A stretch of DNA of 64,000 nucleotides, taken from assembly GCA_944387555.1 (NCBI GenBank), contig CALXFH010000005.1:14589-78588 (forward strand), written 5' to 3'. The translations under genes were made by a program, and so were the position numbers. The DNA is from an uncultured Clostridia bacterium (GTDB lineage Bacteria; Bacillota; Clostridia; TANB77; CAG-508). Positions 10,820 through 20,879 of this stretch are shown piece by piece. How positions within the stretch are numbered: position 1 is the stretch's first letter; each line of letters opens with the position of its first letter. The notes beneath the pieces were generated by a model. That model saw only the letters and a program-made list of their open reading frames with translations, did no database searches and had not been told where the DNA came from.

Positions 10820-12238
10820 TTATTTTATATCTTTATATAATTGATATTTTTTATATAACACTATTGAAATAGCTATTATTAAAGCGGTAGCAAATCCTAT
10901 AATAATATTTTTCCCTGCATATGGTAATTTACTCATATTTGATACAGTAGGATCATTCTTTACATTGTTATTATTATTTTGATTATTATTAGAACTATTT
11001 CCATCCAAATTCCATTCAAAGTCATCATCTTCTATATTTAACAACATTTTTGAGGTTTCATCTACTCTTGCTTGATATAATGATACATCTTCTATTTCTC
11101 TATATTTTCCATCTTCAGTATCCATTTCTAAATATACATAATAATAAGCATCATTTAATAATTCGACATTATCAAGGACACCTTCATTTTCACCTAATGA
11201 TAATGTTCCTGTAGCTATTGAGTTATCTTTTTTAGCAAAATCTAATAAATTTTCAAAAGCTGTTGTTTCTCCATTTTGTATAGCCTTTAATAATTGTACA
11301 TCTGTAACTCTTCCTATTTTATAATTTACTTTTCTATTATTTTCCCCATATGCTTCATTACCAAAAATTGTTGTACTATCTGACAAGAAATATGCCTTTA
11401 TTCTATTTGATAGTTCAAATAAAGGAAGTTTTTCAATTTTATAATTTTCTAAAACTATTTTTGGTATACTAGTTTCTCTATCAACTTCGCAAACAGTTAA
11501 ATAAACATCTCCTGCTTCATCAAATAAAACTTTATCATCAGAATAATATAAAAATAACTGATTATTAAGAATATTTATATTTCCCATCCATACTTCAGTA
11601 TTATTTGCATCACTTGGGCTTTTTAGTATTATCTCTTCATTAGGATTATGAGATAAGTGAATATAGTAATTATTATTTTCGTTTAATTCTACGTTTTGTA
11701 TGAAAAGTTTAAAACTACTTTTATATTCTTGGTTTTCAAGACTCATTTCTACACCAGCATTATCAAAATTTGTCCACTCAATTGTCGTTGCAGCATATAT
11801 TTTATTTTCAAATGAACTCATAAATGGACTTCCTAATGTATACTTAGTACCATCTTCTGTTTCTATTTCGTAATTATATGGTTCAATAAAGTTTCCTGGC
11901 TTTAATTCCCCATTATCACCAGACTTTATTGTATATTTATATGTAGCCTCAGTCGAAAAATCTGTTAATTCAACCTCATCTAATTCAATATTTTTTGATA
12001 TATCATTACCAAAGTAAATACTATATTTTGGTAATGTTCCTTTTATTGGTTGACTAAATGTAAAAGTAACATTTATTTCTTGTCCTTCGCTATAAATTCC
12101 TGGTTCTGGGGCTGTAATATCTACTGATGTTATGCTTAAACTTTCATCTCCATCTGCTCCATAAATCGTATTACCTGCTACTAATATAAAAAATAACAAA
12201 AATATTATAATTGAAACAATTTTTACTTTAAACTTCAT
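10820..12238 (-). CDS. LPXTG-like cell-wall-anchored protein (LPYAG)
   Basis: Signal peptide; C-terminal LPYAG, hydrophobic stretch and basic tail. Confidence 0.8.
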   Translation of the reverse strand: MKFKVKIVSIIIFLLFFILVAGNTIYGADGDESLSITSVDITAPEPGIYSEGQEINVTFTFSQPIKGTLPKYSIYFGNDISKNIELDEVELTDFSTEATYKYTIKSGDNGELKPGNFIEPYNYEIETEDGTKYTLGSPFMSSFENKIYAATTIEWTNFDNAGVEMSLENQEYKSSFKLFIQNVELNENNNYYIHLSHNPNEEIILKSPSDANNTEVWMGNINILNNQLFLYYSDDKVLFDEAGDVYLTVCEVDRETSIPKIVLENYKIEKLPLFELSNRIKAYFLSDSTTIFGNEAYGENNRKVNYKIGRVTDVQLLKAIQNGETTAFENLLDFAKKDNSIATGTLSLGENEGVLDNVELLNDAYYYVYLEMDTEDGKYREIEDVSLYQARVDETSKMLLNIEDDDFEWNLDGNSSNNNQNNNNNVKNDPTVSNMSKLPYAGKNIIIGFATALIIAISIVLYKKYQLYKDIK

Positions 12239-12290
12239 TCTTCTCCCTCCATTTTCTATTAAATTATATCATTGGCTAATTATTAAATCA

Positions 12291-12318
12291 ATAACATTTA
12301 TGTTACATTTATATTACA
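12291..12318 (-). promoter_or_regulatory. Triple TGTWAH direct repeat with 11-bp period
   Basis: Minus strand TGTAAT-N5-TGTAAC-N5-TGTTAT upstream of the LPYAG gene. Confidence 0.55.
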
Positions 12319-12379
12319 AATAAAAATAAAATAAAGAGTAGAAAAATTCTACTCTTTGTATATATAATAAATTTATTAA

Positions 12380-12772
12380 CTAAATATTTCTATAATCTTT
12401 AATTTTCTTATAAGCATATACAGCTGAGATACCAAATACAACTACTAATGCAGCTATTGGAAGACTATCTCCTATACCTGTTTTTGGTAAGCTTGAATCA
12501 TTATAAATGCTAGAATTATTTGTATTATTGTTTCTGTTGCTATTTGTATTAGTATTTGCATTGTTATTAGTATTTGCATTATTTGTATTTGTATTTGCAT
12601 TATTTGTATTAACATTAGCATTATTTGCATTGTTATTTCCTGTTCCATTATCAAGTAATGTTTGTGTCATATCATCCCAACCATCTGCAGCATTAACTGA
12701 AGTAGTTATAAAAATTACCATTACACTTAAAATTAAAATTGAAAATACTTTTAATAAATTTGATTTCTTCAT
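12380..12772 (-). CDS. Small LPKTG-anchored protein with Asn/Thr-rich repeats
   Basis: Signal peptide, (N)NANTN repeats, LPKTG + TM + basic tail. Confidence 0.85.
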   Translation of the reverse strand: MKKSNLLKVFSILILSVMVIFITTSVNAADGWDDMTQTLLDNGTGNNNANNANVNTNNANTNTNNANTNNNANTNTNSNRNNNTNNSSIYNDSSLPKTGIGDSLPIAALVVVFGISAVYAYKKIKDYRNI

Positions 12773-12958
12773 ATTGATTTCTCCTCTACTTTTAAATTTT
12801 TTTTATTATTATTTGTACAACCACTAATTATTATACCATTTTTTTTAATATAATTCAAGTAGTTGTAAAAAATAACAAAATTAAATTTTTTCTTCCGTTA
12901 TTTGTTTTTATTTTATACTTAAAAATACATTTCGTCAATAGTTTTTATACATTTTTAT

Positions 12959-12986
12959 TTTACATTTATGTTACAAAAATATTACA
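12959..12986 (-). promoter_or_regulatory. Triple TGTWAH direct repeat with 11-bp period
   Basis: Minus strand TGTAAT-N5-TGTAAC-N5-TGTAAA upstream of the LPKTG gene. Confidence 0.55.
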
Positions 12987-12988
12987 TA

Positions 12989-14081
12989 TTATACATTAAA
13001 CTTAAATAAAACAATATCTCCGGTCTTGCATAATATAATCTTTTCCTTCTTGTCTAACTAATCCTTTTTCCTTTGCTGCATTCATACTACCACAATTCAT
13101 TAAATCATCAAAAGAAACAACTTCTGCTTTTATAAATCCTCTTTCAATATCAGAGTGAATCTTACCTGCAGCTTGTGGTGCTTTAGTTCCTTTTTTAATT
13201 GTCCAAGCTCTAACTTCAGGTTCTCCTGCTGTTAAGAATGACATTAAACCTAATAAATCATAAGATTTTTTAATAACTTTATCTAATCCTGATTCTTCTA
13301 ATCCTAAAGCTTCTAGCATTTCTTTTTTATCATTATCATCTAGGCCAGATAATTCTTCTTCAATTTTAACGCATAAAGGAATAACTTCTGCATTTTCTTT
13401 TGAAGCATATTCTTTAACTTTTAAAACCATTTCATCATTTTCTGCATTTTCAATTTGGTCTTCAGAAATATTTGCAATATAAAGAATTGGCTTAGTTGTT
13501 AATAAAAACATATCTTTAACTAATTTTTGTTCATCTTCGTTATAGTCTAATGCTCTTGCAGAAATTCCATTTTCTAGATTTTCTTTTATTCTTTCTAATA
13601 AGTCAACTTCCTCTTGGTAACTTTTACTTGCTTTTAAATTTTTTCTTGCTTTATCTAACCTTTTATTTACAGTTTCTATATCTGCAAAAATTAACTCTAA
13701 ATTAATAGTTTCAATATCACGAACTGGATCTATGCTTCCATCTACGTGTACAATGTTACTATCATTAAAACATCTAACAACTTCACAAATAGCATCTGTT
13801 TCACGTATATGTGATAAGAATTTATTACCAAGTCCTTCTCCTTTACTTGCTCCTTTCACTAAGCCTGCAATATCAACAAATTCAATTACAGCATGTGTAA
13901 CTTTTTCCGGATTATACATTTTAGCTAAAGCGTCAAGTCTTTCGTCTGGAACTGGAACAACTCCTACATTTGGCTCTATCGTACAAAATGGATAATTTGC
14001 ACATTCTGCTCCAGCTTTAGTAATACTATTAAATAATGTACTCTTTCCTACATTTGGAAGTCCTACAATTCCTAATTTCAT
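12989..14081 (-). CDS. ychF: Redox-regulated ATPase YchF, with a +1 insertion at about 13022 (363 aa if corrected)
   Basis: GLPNVGKST and DIAGLVKGAS motifs; skipping one C restores the C-terminus YIMQD-GDIVLFKFNV*. Confidence 0.95.
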
Positions 14082-14128
14082 CTTTATCTCTCCTATTTTT
14101 CACAATATTTTTATTACTATTTTATTTT

Positions 14129-16063
14129 TTATTTTTTATTTTTAACTTCTTCTAAAACTTTATTTTTAAAATCTTCTACAGTCATAGTTCCTATATCTCC
14201 ATCTTCTCTAGAACGAATAGAAACTATATTTGCTTCAACTTCTTTTGGTCCTATAATTAACATATAAGGTATTTTATGAAGTTGTGCTTCACGTATTTTA
14301 TAACCTGTCTTTTCATTTCTATCATCAACTTCTACTCTTATACCAGCTTTAAGAAATTCATCTTTTAATTCATGGCAATAATCATGTTGTTTGTCTGTAA
14401 TAGGTAAAATCTTAACTTGTGTTGGTGAAAGCCATAATGGTAGATTTCCCTTTGTTTCTTCTAATAAGAATGATATAAATCTATCAGAAGAACCAAGTAT
14501 TGCTCTATGGATAACAACTGGTCTATGTGCTTTTCCATCTTCTCCAATATATTCTAGTTCAAATCTTTCAGGAAGAGCAAAGTCTAATTGACAAGTTGGT
14601 ATTGTCACATCATGATTTAGAGCTGTTCTTATTTGGATATCAATCTTAGGTCCATAGAATGCTGCTTCACCTTCTGCTTCATAGAAATCTATATTTAGCT
14701 CTTTTAAGATTTCTCTTAATTGATTTTCTGCTGTCTCCCACATTTCATCATTATCAATATATTTTTCTTTATTATTTTTATCTCTTAAAGATAATCTATA
14801 CTTAAAGCTTGATGCTGGAAAACCAAAATCTTTCTGATAAACTTCTTTAATTAAATTTAAGATATTTCCAACTTCTTCTTTAATTTGGTCTGGTCTTACA
14901 AAAAGGTGTGCATCATTTTGACACATTTCACGAACTCTCTCTAGTCCACAAACACTTCCAGATGCTTCATATCTAAAATCATGTGCAAGTTCACCAATTC
15001 TAATTGGTAAGTCACGATATGAACGCATTTTACTTTTATAAATTAACATATGGTGAGGACAGTTCATTGGTCTTAAAACCATTTCTTCATTATCCATTTT
15101 CATAGCTGGGAACATATCTTCTTTATAATGATCCCAATGTCCACTTACTTTGTACAACTCTACATTTGCAAGTGAAGGAGTATATACATGTTCATATCCT
15201 AAAGATATTTCTTTATCTTGAATATATCTCTCTAAAATTCTTCTTATAGTTGCACCATTTGGTAAATACATTGGAAGACCTGCTCCAACTAATTTATGAG
15301 TCATAAATATTTCTAAGTCTTTTCCTAATTTTCTATGGTCTCTTTGTTTTGCTTCCTCTAGGAATTGTAAATATTCTTCCAACATACTCGCTTTAGGGAA
15401 TGAAATTGCATAAATTCTTTGAAGCATTTTATTTTTTTCATCGCCTCTCCAGTATGCTCCTGAAGAAGATAGTATTTTTACTGTTTTTATTTTTCCTGTA
15501 CTAACTAGATGTGGTCCAGCACAAAGGTCTGTAAAATCTCCTTGTTTATAAAAACTAATTTCTTCGCCTTCTGGTAAGTCTTCTATTAATTCCTTTTTAT
15601 AAGGTTCATCCTTCATTAACTCTAAAGCTTCTTTTCTAGGTAAAGAAAATCTCTCTATTTCTATATTTTCTTTTATAATTTTTTTCATTTCCTGTTCAAT
15701 GTTTGCCTTATCTTCATCTGTAAATGGTTTTTCTACGTCAAAATCATAATAAAAACCATTCTCAATAGCGGGTCCTATTGCAAGTTTAGCTTCTGGGAAT
15801 AATCTTTTTACAGCTTGTGCCATAATATGAGAAGTTGTATGCCAATAAGCTTTCTTTCCTTCTAAGTCTTCATCTGAAAAAGTATGAATAACTAAAGAAC
15901 AATCTTCTTGTAGTTCGTATCTTAAGTCTTTAATTTCTCCATTTACTTCTCCACAAGTCATGTTTCTTGCTAAACCTTCACTAATTTTTTTAGCAACATC
16001 TAAAATTGTGCTTCCTTTTTCGACCTCTAAAATAGATCCGTCTTTTAAAGTAACTTTAATCAT
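14129..16063 (-). CDS. thrS: Threonine--tRNA ligase
   Basis: TGS domain, DLCAGPH, RPMNCPHH, FYGPKID motifs. Confidence 0.98.
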   Translation of the reverse strand: MIKVTLKDGSILEVEKGSTILDVAKKISEGLARNMTCGEVNGEIKDLRYELQEDCSLVIHTFSDEDLEGKKAYWHTTSHIMAQAVKRLFPEAKLAIGPAIENGFYYDFDVEKPFTDEDKANIEQEMKKIIKENIEIERFSLPRKEALELMKDEPYKKELIEDLPEGEEISFYKQGDFTDLCAGPHLVSTGKIKTVKILSSSGAYWRGDEKNKMLQRIYAISFPKASMLEEYLQFLEEAKQRDHRKLGKDLEIFMTHKLVGAGLPMYLPNGATIRRILERYIQDKEISLGYEHVYTPSLANVELYKVSGHWDHYKEDMFPAMKMDNEEMVLRPMNCPHHMLIYKSKMRSYRDLPIRIGELAHDFRYEASGSVCGLERVREMCQNDAHLFVRPDQIKEEVGNILNLIKEVYQKDFGFPASSFKYRLSLRDKNNKEKYIDNDEMWETAENQLREILKELNIDFYEAEGEAAFYGPKIDIQIRTALNHDVTIPTCQLDFALPERFELEYIGEDGKAHRPVVIHRAILGSSDRFISFLLEETKGNLPLWLSPTQVKILPITDKQHDYCHELKDEFLKAGIRVEVDDRNEKTGYKIREAQLHKIPYMLIIGPKEVEANIVSIRSREDGDIGTMTVEDFKNKVLEEVKNKK

Positions 16064-16119
16064 AATAAAACCTCCTTATTGTCCAATTAGGGATGTTTCT
16101 TTTTGGGGTATAGCCCATC

Positions 16120-16350
16120 AAAAAACTCCCATGGACTTTAATATCCATAGGAGTGCAAATTACACGGTTCCATCCTACTTTTTACTTAATTTAAAAGATT
16201 ATAACGTATCTTAGACGTCTAGCTTATTCACTAGAAACATATGAAGAGTTAGTTTTCAAATAGGTTTGCTTAAATTAGTTTTCAGCCTCTGACTAATTCT
16301 CTCTAAAAGTAATTTCTATTTTACTCGTCTCTTACTTGTTTTTACCTTAT
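16120..16350 (-). promoter_or_regulatory. T-box riboswitch leader of thrS
   Basis: AGAGA and GCTGAAA stem I motifs, probable ACC specifier, T-box variant AGGATGGAACCGTG (16163-16179), terminator hairpin with U-tract; promoter TTGACT-17-TAAACT at 16357-16385. Confidence 0.85.
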
Positions 16351-16432
16351 GTTAATAGTTTAATATCTTTTTTGTAAAAAGTCAAGAGAATTCTTTACTT
16401 TTTTTATTTATTATTGTATAATTTTCTTACGT

Positions 16433-16508
16433 GCTTCCATAGCTCAGTTGGTAGAGTGCTACCTTGGTAAGGTAGAGGTCACGGGTTCAATTCCCGTTGG
16501 AAGCCCCA
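16433..16508 (+). tRNA. tRNA-Thr (GGT)
   Basis: 76-nt cloverleaf: acceptor GCTTCCA/TGGAAGC, anticodon arm CTACC-TTGGTAA-GGTAG, TTCAA T-loop, encoded CCA. Confidence 0.95.
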
Positions 16509-16540
16509 GTAAAACATTCTTTTTGGAATGTTTTTTATTT

Positions 16541-17488
16541 TTATTCAACACCTGTAGCTATTACAGTTACAACAACTTCATCATCTAAACTCTCATCTAT
16601 TACTGTTCCAAAGATAATATTTGCATCATCAGATACTTTATCATTAATTACTTTAATAGCACTATCTATTTCTGTTAAACTTAAATTTTCTCCACCTGTA
16701 ACATTAAATATAACTCCTTTTGCATTGTCTATTTTATTTTCTGTTAATGGGTTTTCTATTGCTTGTTCTACAGCCTCTTCTACCCTTGCTTCTCCTTCTG
16801 CTCTTCCTATTCCCATATAAGCTTTTCCTTTATAACTAAATATAGTTTTTATATCTGCAAAATCAAGATTTATTTGACCTACTGTTGTAATTAAATCTGT
16901 TATGCTTTGTATTCCTTGCTTTACAACATCATCTGCAAGTAGAAAAGCTTCTTTTAGTGGTGTATTTTTATTTGCAACTTGTAATAAATTATCATTTAAA
17001 ATTACAATTAAAGCATTTACATTTTCCTTTAATTTTTCTATTCCATATTCTGCTCTCATTTCTCTTAATTTGCCTTCAAACATAAATGGTTTAGTAACTA
17101 TTCCTACAGTTAAAATTCCCATTTCTTTTGCAATTTCTGCAACTACTGGTGCAGCACCTGTTCCTGTTCCGCCACCCATACCAGCTGTTACAAATAACAT
17201 GTCAGTATTTTGTAATATATTTTTTATCTCTTCTTCACTTTCTCTTGCCGCTTTTTCTCCTACTGTTTCATTTGCTCCTGCACCTAGACCTTTTGTTGTT
17301 TCTTTTCCTATTTGTAATATATTTCTATAATTTGTTCTTTTTAATACTCCCATTTCTGTGTTTATTAAATAAGGTTCTATATTTTTTACTTTTTCATCTA
17401 TTATATGTAGAACAGCATTATTTCCTCCGCCGCCTACACCTATTACCTTTATTTTTATACTATTAATTACGTTTTCGTCATTAAACAC
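16541..17488 (-). CDS. ftsZ: FtsZ-family tubulin-like GTPase lacking the C-terminal tail
   Basis: GVGGGGNNA, GGGTGTG and NLDFAD motifs; ends IATGVE* at 315 aa. Confidence 0.85.
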   Translation of the reverse strand: MFNDENVINSIKIKVIGVGGGGNNAVLHIIDEKVKNIEPYLINTEMGVLKRTNYRNILQIGKETTKGLGAGANETVGEKAARESEEEIKNILQNTDMLFVTAGMGGGTGTGAAPVVAEIAKEMGILTVGIVTKPFMFEGKLREMRAEYGIEKLKENVNALIVILNDNLLQVANKNTPLKEAFLLADDVVKQGIQSITDLITTVGQINLDFADIKTIFSYKGKAYMGIGRAEGEARVEEAVEQAIENPLTENKIDNAKGVIFNVTGGENLSLTEIDSAIKVINDKVSDDANIIFGTVIDESLDDEVVVTVIATGVE

Positions 17489-17601
17489 TTAATTTTCCTC
17501 CTTCTATTGTATCTTTAATTTTATTTATCTTAATTTCACTTTTAGAGTATAACACTATATTTTTTATTTGTCCAATGGAAAAAATAAAAACCAGCATTTA
17601 T

Positions 17602-18255
17602 TTACTGGTTCTTATTACTTGTTATATTTTTAATTGCTTTCTTTCTTATTCTTTGAATTGCATTATCTACTGATTTCACAGGAGAGTCTAACTTTTCTGC
17701 AATTTTTACATAACTTTCTCCTTTTAAAAACCTATCAAGAACTTGTTTTTCAAATTTACTTAAATTTTTGTTTACTGCATCTTCTACCTCTTTATAATAT
17801 TCTTGTTTCATTATAGTGTCTAGAGGGTCTTCTATAGTATTACTATTAAATCTTTCTAGAAGTTCGACACTATCATCTTCATTATTATCATATGCTGCTG
17901 TATTTAATGATAAATATGAATTAAGTGGCAAATGTTTTTGTCTATTAGAGCTTTTTATTGCTGTTATTAATTGTCTTTCAATACATATATTTGCAAAAGA
18001 TTTAAAGGAATTTTGTTTAGTGTTATCAAAGCTTTTTATCGCTTTAAACAAACCTATCATACCTTCTTGAACAGTATCTTCTTTCTCAGCTCCAACTATA
18101 AAGTATTTACTTACTTTCATATTTACAAGTTCTTTGTACTTTTCTAAAATATATGCTAAAGCTTCGTCGTCTCCCTCATGTATCTTTTCTATTATTTGCT
18201 CATCTGTTAAATTATTATATTTATTAGTTGTAAAAAACACGTCCTTTTTTTGCAT
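17602..18255 (-). CDS. sigH: RNA polymerase sigma factor SigH
   Basis: QEGMIGLFKAI, ITAIKSSNRQKH.PLNSY and KSVDNAIQRIRKK motifs. Confidence 0.92.
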   Translation of the reverse strand: MQKKDVFFTTNKYNNLTDEQIIEKIHEGDDEALAYILEKYKELVNMKVSKYFIVGAEKEDTVQEGMIGLFKAIKSFDNTKQNSFKSFANICIERQLITAIKSSNRQKHLPLNSYLSLNTAAYDNNEDDSVELLERFNSNTIEDPLDTIMKQEYYKEVEDAVNKNLSKFEKQVLDRFLKGESYVKIAEKLDSPVKSVDNAIQRIRKKAIKNITSNKNQ

Positions 18256-18348
18256 CTGTCAAAATTACCTCCAAAGTGCTTTTCTAGTATTATATATATC
18301 TTATACCTCAATTGTCAAGCAGATTTTCGCTATTTCACAAAAATTTCA

Positions 18349-20097
18349 CTAATTTTCTGCAAGTTCACTCTTAAGCATAGGCCAAACATCATCTGACTCC
18401 ATATCTTTTTGCCAAGATCCAACTCCTGCTAAATCATTTTCTTCTACCAAAGATACCTTTGCTTTTAAAGAGTCTATATCTTCAATCCATATTTGTTTTT
18501 TGTTTGCTCCATCCATATATTCTACATAGTTTTGTTTTAAATCATCATCCCATGTTTTTTGTACTCCTGCTGGAATGGCACTATTTACATCTTTCATAAA
18601 CAAAGTATTTCTACTAATTATTTTACCAGAAGAATCAGTTGTCCAAACTCTTGTATAAAATGGAATACCTAGTATTATTTTTTCTGCCTCTATGTCTTCT
18701 GTTTGCAAAAATTTAGTAAGATTTAATTTAATCCAATTATAACCTGCTGTTGTTCCTGGCTCTGTACTTGATGTTCCATTTTGATCATATGCCATAAATA
18801 TAATATAATCTGCTACATGTCCTATAACATTTCTATCAAAACACATTGACCATGTTTCTCCTCCGTCTGGTGCTGTTACGTCAACAGATGTTACCATTCC
18901 TATTTCCTTTAATCTTGGTGTAAGTTCTATTATAAATCTAGAATACATATCTTTATCTTTTTCGTACATATTTTCAAAATCTATATTAATACCATCTAAA
19001 TTGTATTTTACGCATTTTTCTACAATTGATTCAATTAATTTCTTTCTATTTTCATAGCTATTCATTATATTAGAAGTTATATCTAGACTTTCTCTTGCTG
19101 CCTCTGCATTTGATACCATTGGCCATACTTTATATCCATTATTATGAGCCCATTCAATATAAGCCTCACCTTTGCTTCCCACATTCTCTTCAAGATTCCC
19201 ATCTTCATCTAAATAGAAAAATGAAGGTGATACAACATTTACTCCGTCTATTGTTGTTCCACTTCTATCAGGAGCAGAAGCATATTCTGAAAAATAATCC
19301 CAAGTAAGATTTACTTTACCTTCAACTTGTTTTTCTTCTTCCATATCTTCTCTTATAGTAAATTCATTTTCTAATCTATTTGATTTAATATATCCTAATT
19401 TTCCATTTGCAGTCCTTATCATAGAATATTTACCGTTATCAGATACAACTATAACAGCATCACCTTTTTTTACTCTATCTACAGTTCTTGCAATAAAGTT
19501 AGTAGAAGATTTTACAGAAACATTTTTATTTACAATAGCTCTTTTTTGTCCTCTATCTAAAGAATCCATTGTAATAACTTTTGTTTCTGGTATATTTTGA
19601 ATTTCTACATTATATACATCTGCCATTTCTGATACAGGTAAATATACTTCTCCGTCTTTTTCAATTGCATGTGCATAAATTTGCTTGTCTGAACCATTAA
19701 TATTTATAACATTTTGATCAAAGCCAATTTCTGCTATTTTTTTCTCATAAGTTGTAATTATTTTGTTTGACTCTTCATCACGATAAATATATTTATCAAA
19801 AAAGTTTTGAACATCCGCTTCTGATAAATAAATAACATCATCCTCTATTAAAACATCATTTTTCAAACGTGCTGTAACATTATTATTATTAATTACTAAA
19901 TTTGTTCTTTCATTATTATCTAAAATTATATAATTATTTGCAATCATAGCAATTATAAAAATAACAATCAAAGCTACAATTGTAAAAAAAGTTCTTTTAA
20001 TTACCTTCTTTTTCTGTTCTATTTCTCTATTTGACATTCTCCTATTTCTGTTCTTTTTCTTTGGTTCTTTTACCATTACTCTTTTCCCTTTTCCCAT
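18349..20097 (-). CDS. Glycosyl hydrolase family 18 protein with N-terminal TM anchor and SH3-like region
   Basis: DGINIDFE catalytic motif, FMAYDQ, LGIPFY. Confidence 0.85.
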   Translation of the reverse strand: MGKGKRVMVKEPKKKNRNRRMSNREIEQKKKVIKRTFFTIVALIVIFIIAMIANNYIILDNNERTNLVINNNNVTARLKNDVLIEDDVIYLSEADVQNFFDKYIYRDEESNKIITTYEKKIAEIGFDQNVININGSDKQIYAHAIEKDGEVYLPVSEMADVYNVEIQNIPETKVITMDSLDRGQKRAIVNKNVSVKSSTNFIARTVDRVKKGDAVIVVSDNGKYSMIRTANGKLGYIKSNRLENEFTIREDMEEEKQVEGKVNLTWDYFSEYASAPDRSGTTIDGVNVVSPSFFYLDEDGNLEENVGSKGEAYIEWAHNNGYKVWPMVSNAEAARESLDITSNIMNSYENRKKLIESIVEKCVKYNLDGINIDFENMYEKDKDMYSRFIIELTPRLKEIGMVTSVDVTAPDGGETWSMCFDRNVIGHVADYIIFMAYDQNGTSSTEPGTTAGYNWIKLNLTKFLQTEDIEAEKIILGIPFYTRVWTTDSSGKIISRNTLFMKDVNSAIPAGVQKTWDDDLKQNYVEYMDGANKKQIWIEDIDSLKAKVSLVEENDLAGVGSWQKDMESDDVWPMLKSELAEN

Positions 20098-20183
20098 TAG
20101 TATTTCTCCTATTCTATTATTTTACTTTAATACTATAACACAAAATATTTTTCCTATAAAGTTTTTTTATAAAAAATTAATAT

Positions 20184-20870
20184 TTATTTTTTCATATTTC
20201 TTAAGAAATCTTTTTGTTCTTTACTAATTCTGTATGACTCTATTGCTTTTTGTATTGATTTGTTATATGTAAAATTATCTAAATCCGCTTCTTTTTGTAA
20301 ATATTTAACTGTCCTATCATAATATCTAATTAAACAAATAGATATTGCCCACGCTACTGCCATCTGTACATAGTACTTGTCTACTTTTATACTATTAAAT
20401 ATTTTAAAATTATTCTCTAAATGTTCTTCATCTATAAAATAACCAAGTATCATAACTATGCCAAATCTTACTTCAAATTCTTTTTTAGATTTTAAATATT
20501 TTTGTATAAATTCCCACATTTCATCCTTATGTTTTTTAGTAATCTTTAAACCTGTACAAAAAGTATCACAAACAGCCCAATTATCTATTTTAGGGATAAA
20601 TGCTTCTATATATTTAATAATTACATCAAATTTTTCTTTTGCACTACCTATTAACATCCCTTGAAGCATTATCTCTTCATAATAATTATCATTTACACAT
20701 TCCATTAGCTCTTTAAAATCATATTTTTTTAATAATTCTTTTGCATAGTTTCTAAGTACTGGGACTCTAATTCCAACTATACTTTCTGTACCAGGGCACA
20801 ACTTTTTTTGAAATTCTTGGTACTTTTTATCTTGTAATTCAAATAATTCTTTTTCTATATCTATATCCAT
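20184..20870 (-). CDS. DNA alkylation repair protein (AlkD-like)
   Basis: G.RVP.LR, IDNWAVCD and YYVQMAVAW motifs. Confidence 0.8.
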   Translation of the reverse strand: MDIDIEKELFELQDKKYQEFQKKLCPGTESIVGIRVPVLRNYAKELLKKYDFKELMECVNDNYYEEIMLQGMLIGSAKEKFDVIIKYIEAFIPKIDNWAVCDTFCTGLKITKKHKDEMWEFIQKYLKSKKEFEVRFGIVMILGYFIDEEHLENNFKIFNSIKVDKYYVQMAVAWAISICLIRYYDRTVKYLQKEADLDNFTYNKSIQKAIESYRISKEQKDFLRNMKK

Positions 20871-20879
20871 AATACTTTC

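Noticed and set aside
12507-12827. Plus-strand hydrophobic ORF (LFVLLF repeats)
   Set aside because: It is the antisense reading of the NANTN repeats of the LPKTG gene
16497-17466. Overlapping plus-strand ORFs opposite ftsZ, and similar shadow ORFs opposite mutS, thrS, miaB and tnpB
   Set aside because: Antisense shadows of real genes, with no RBS or recognisable motifs
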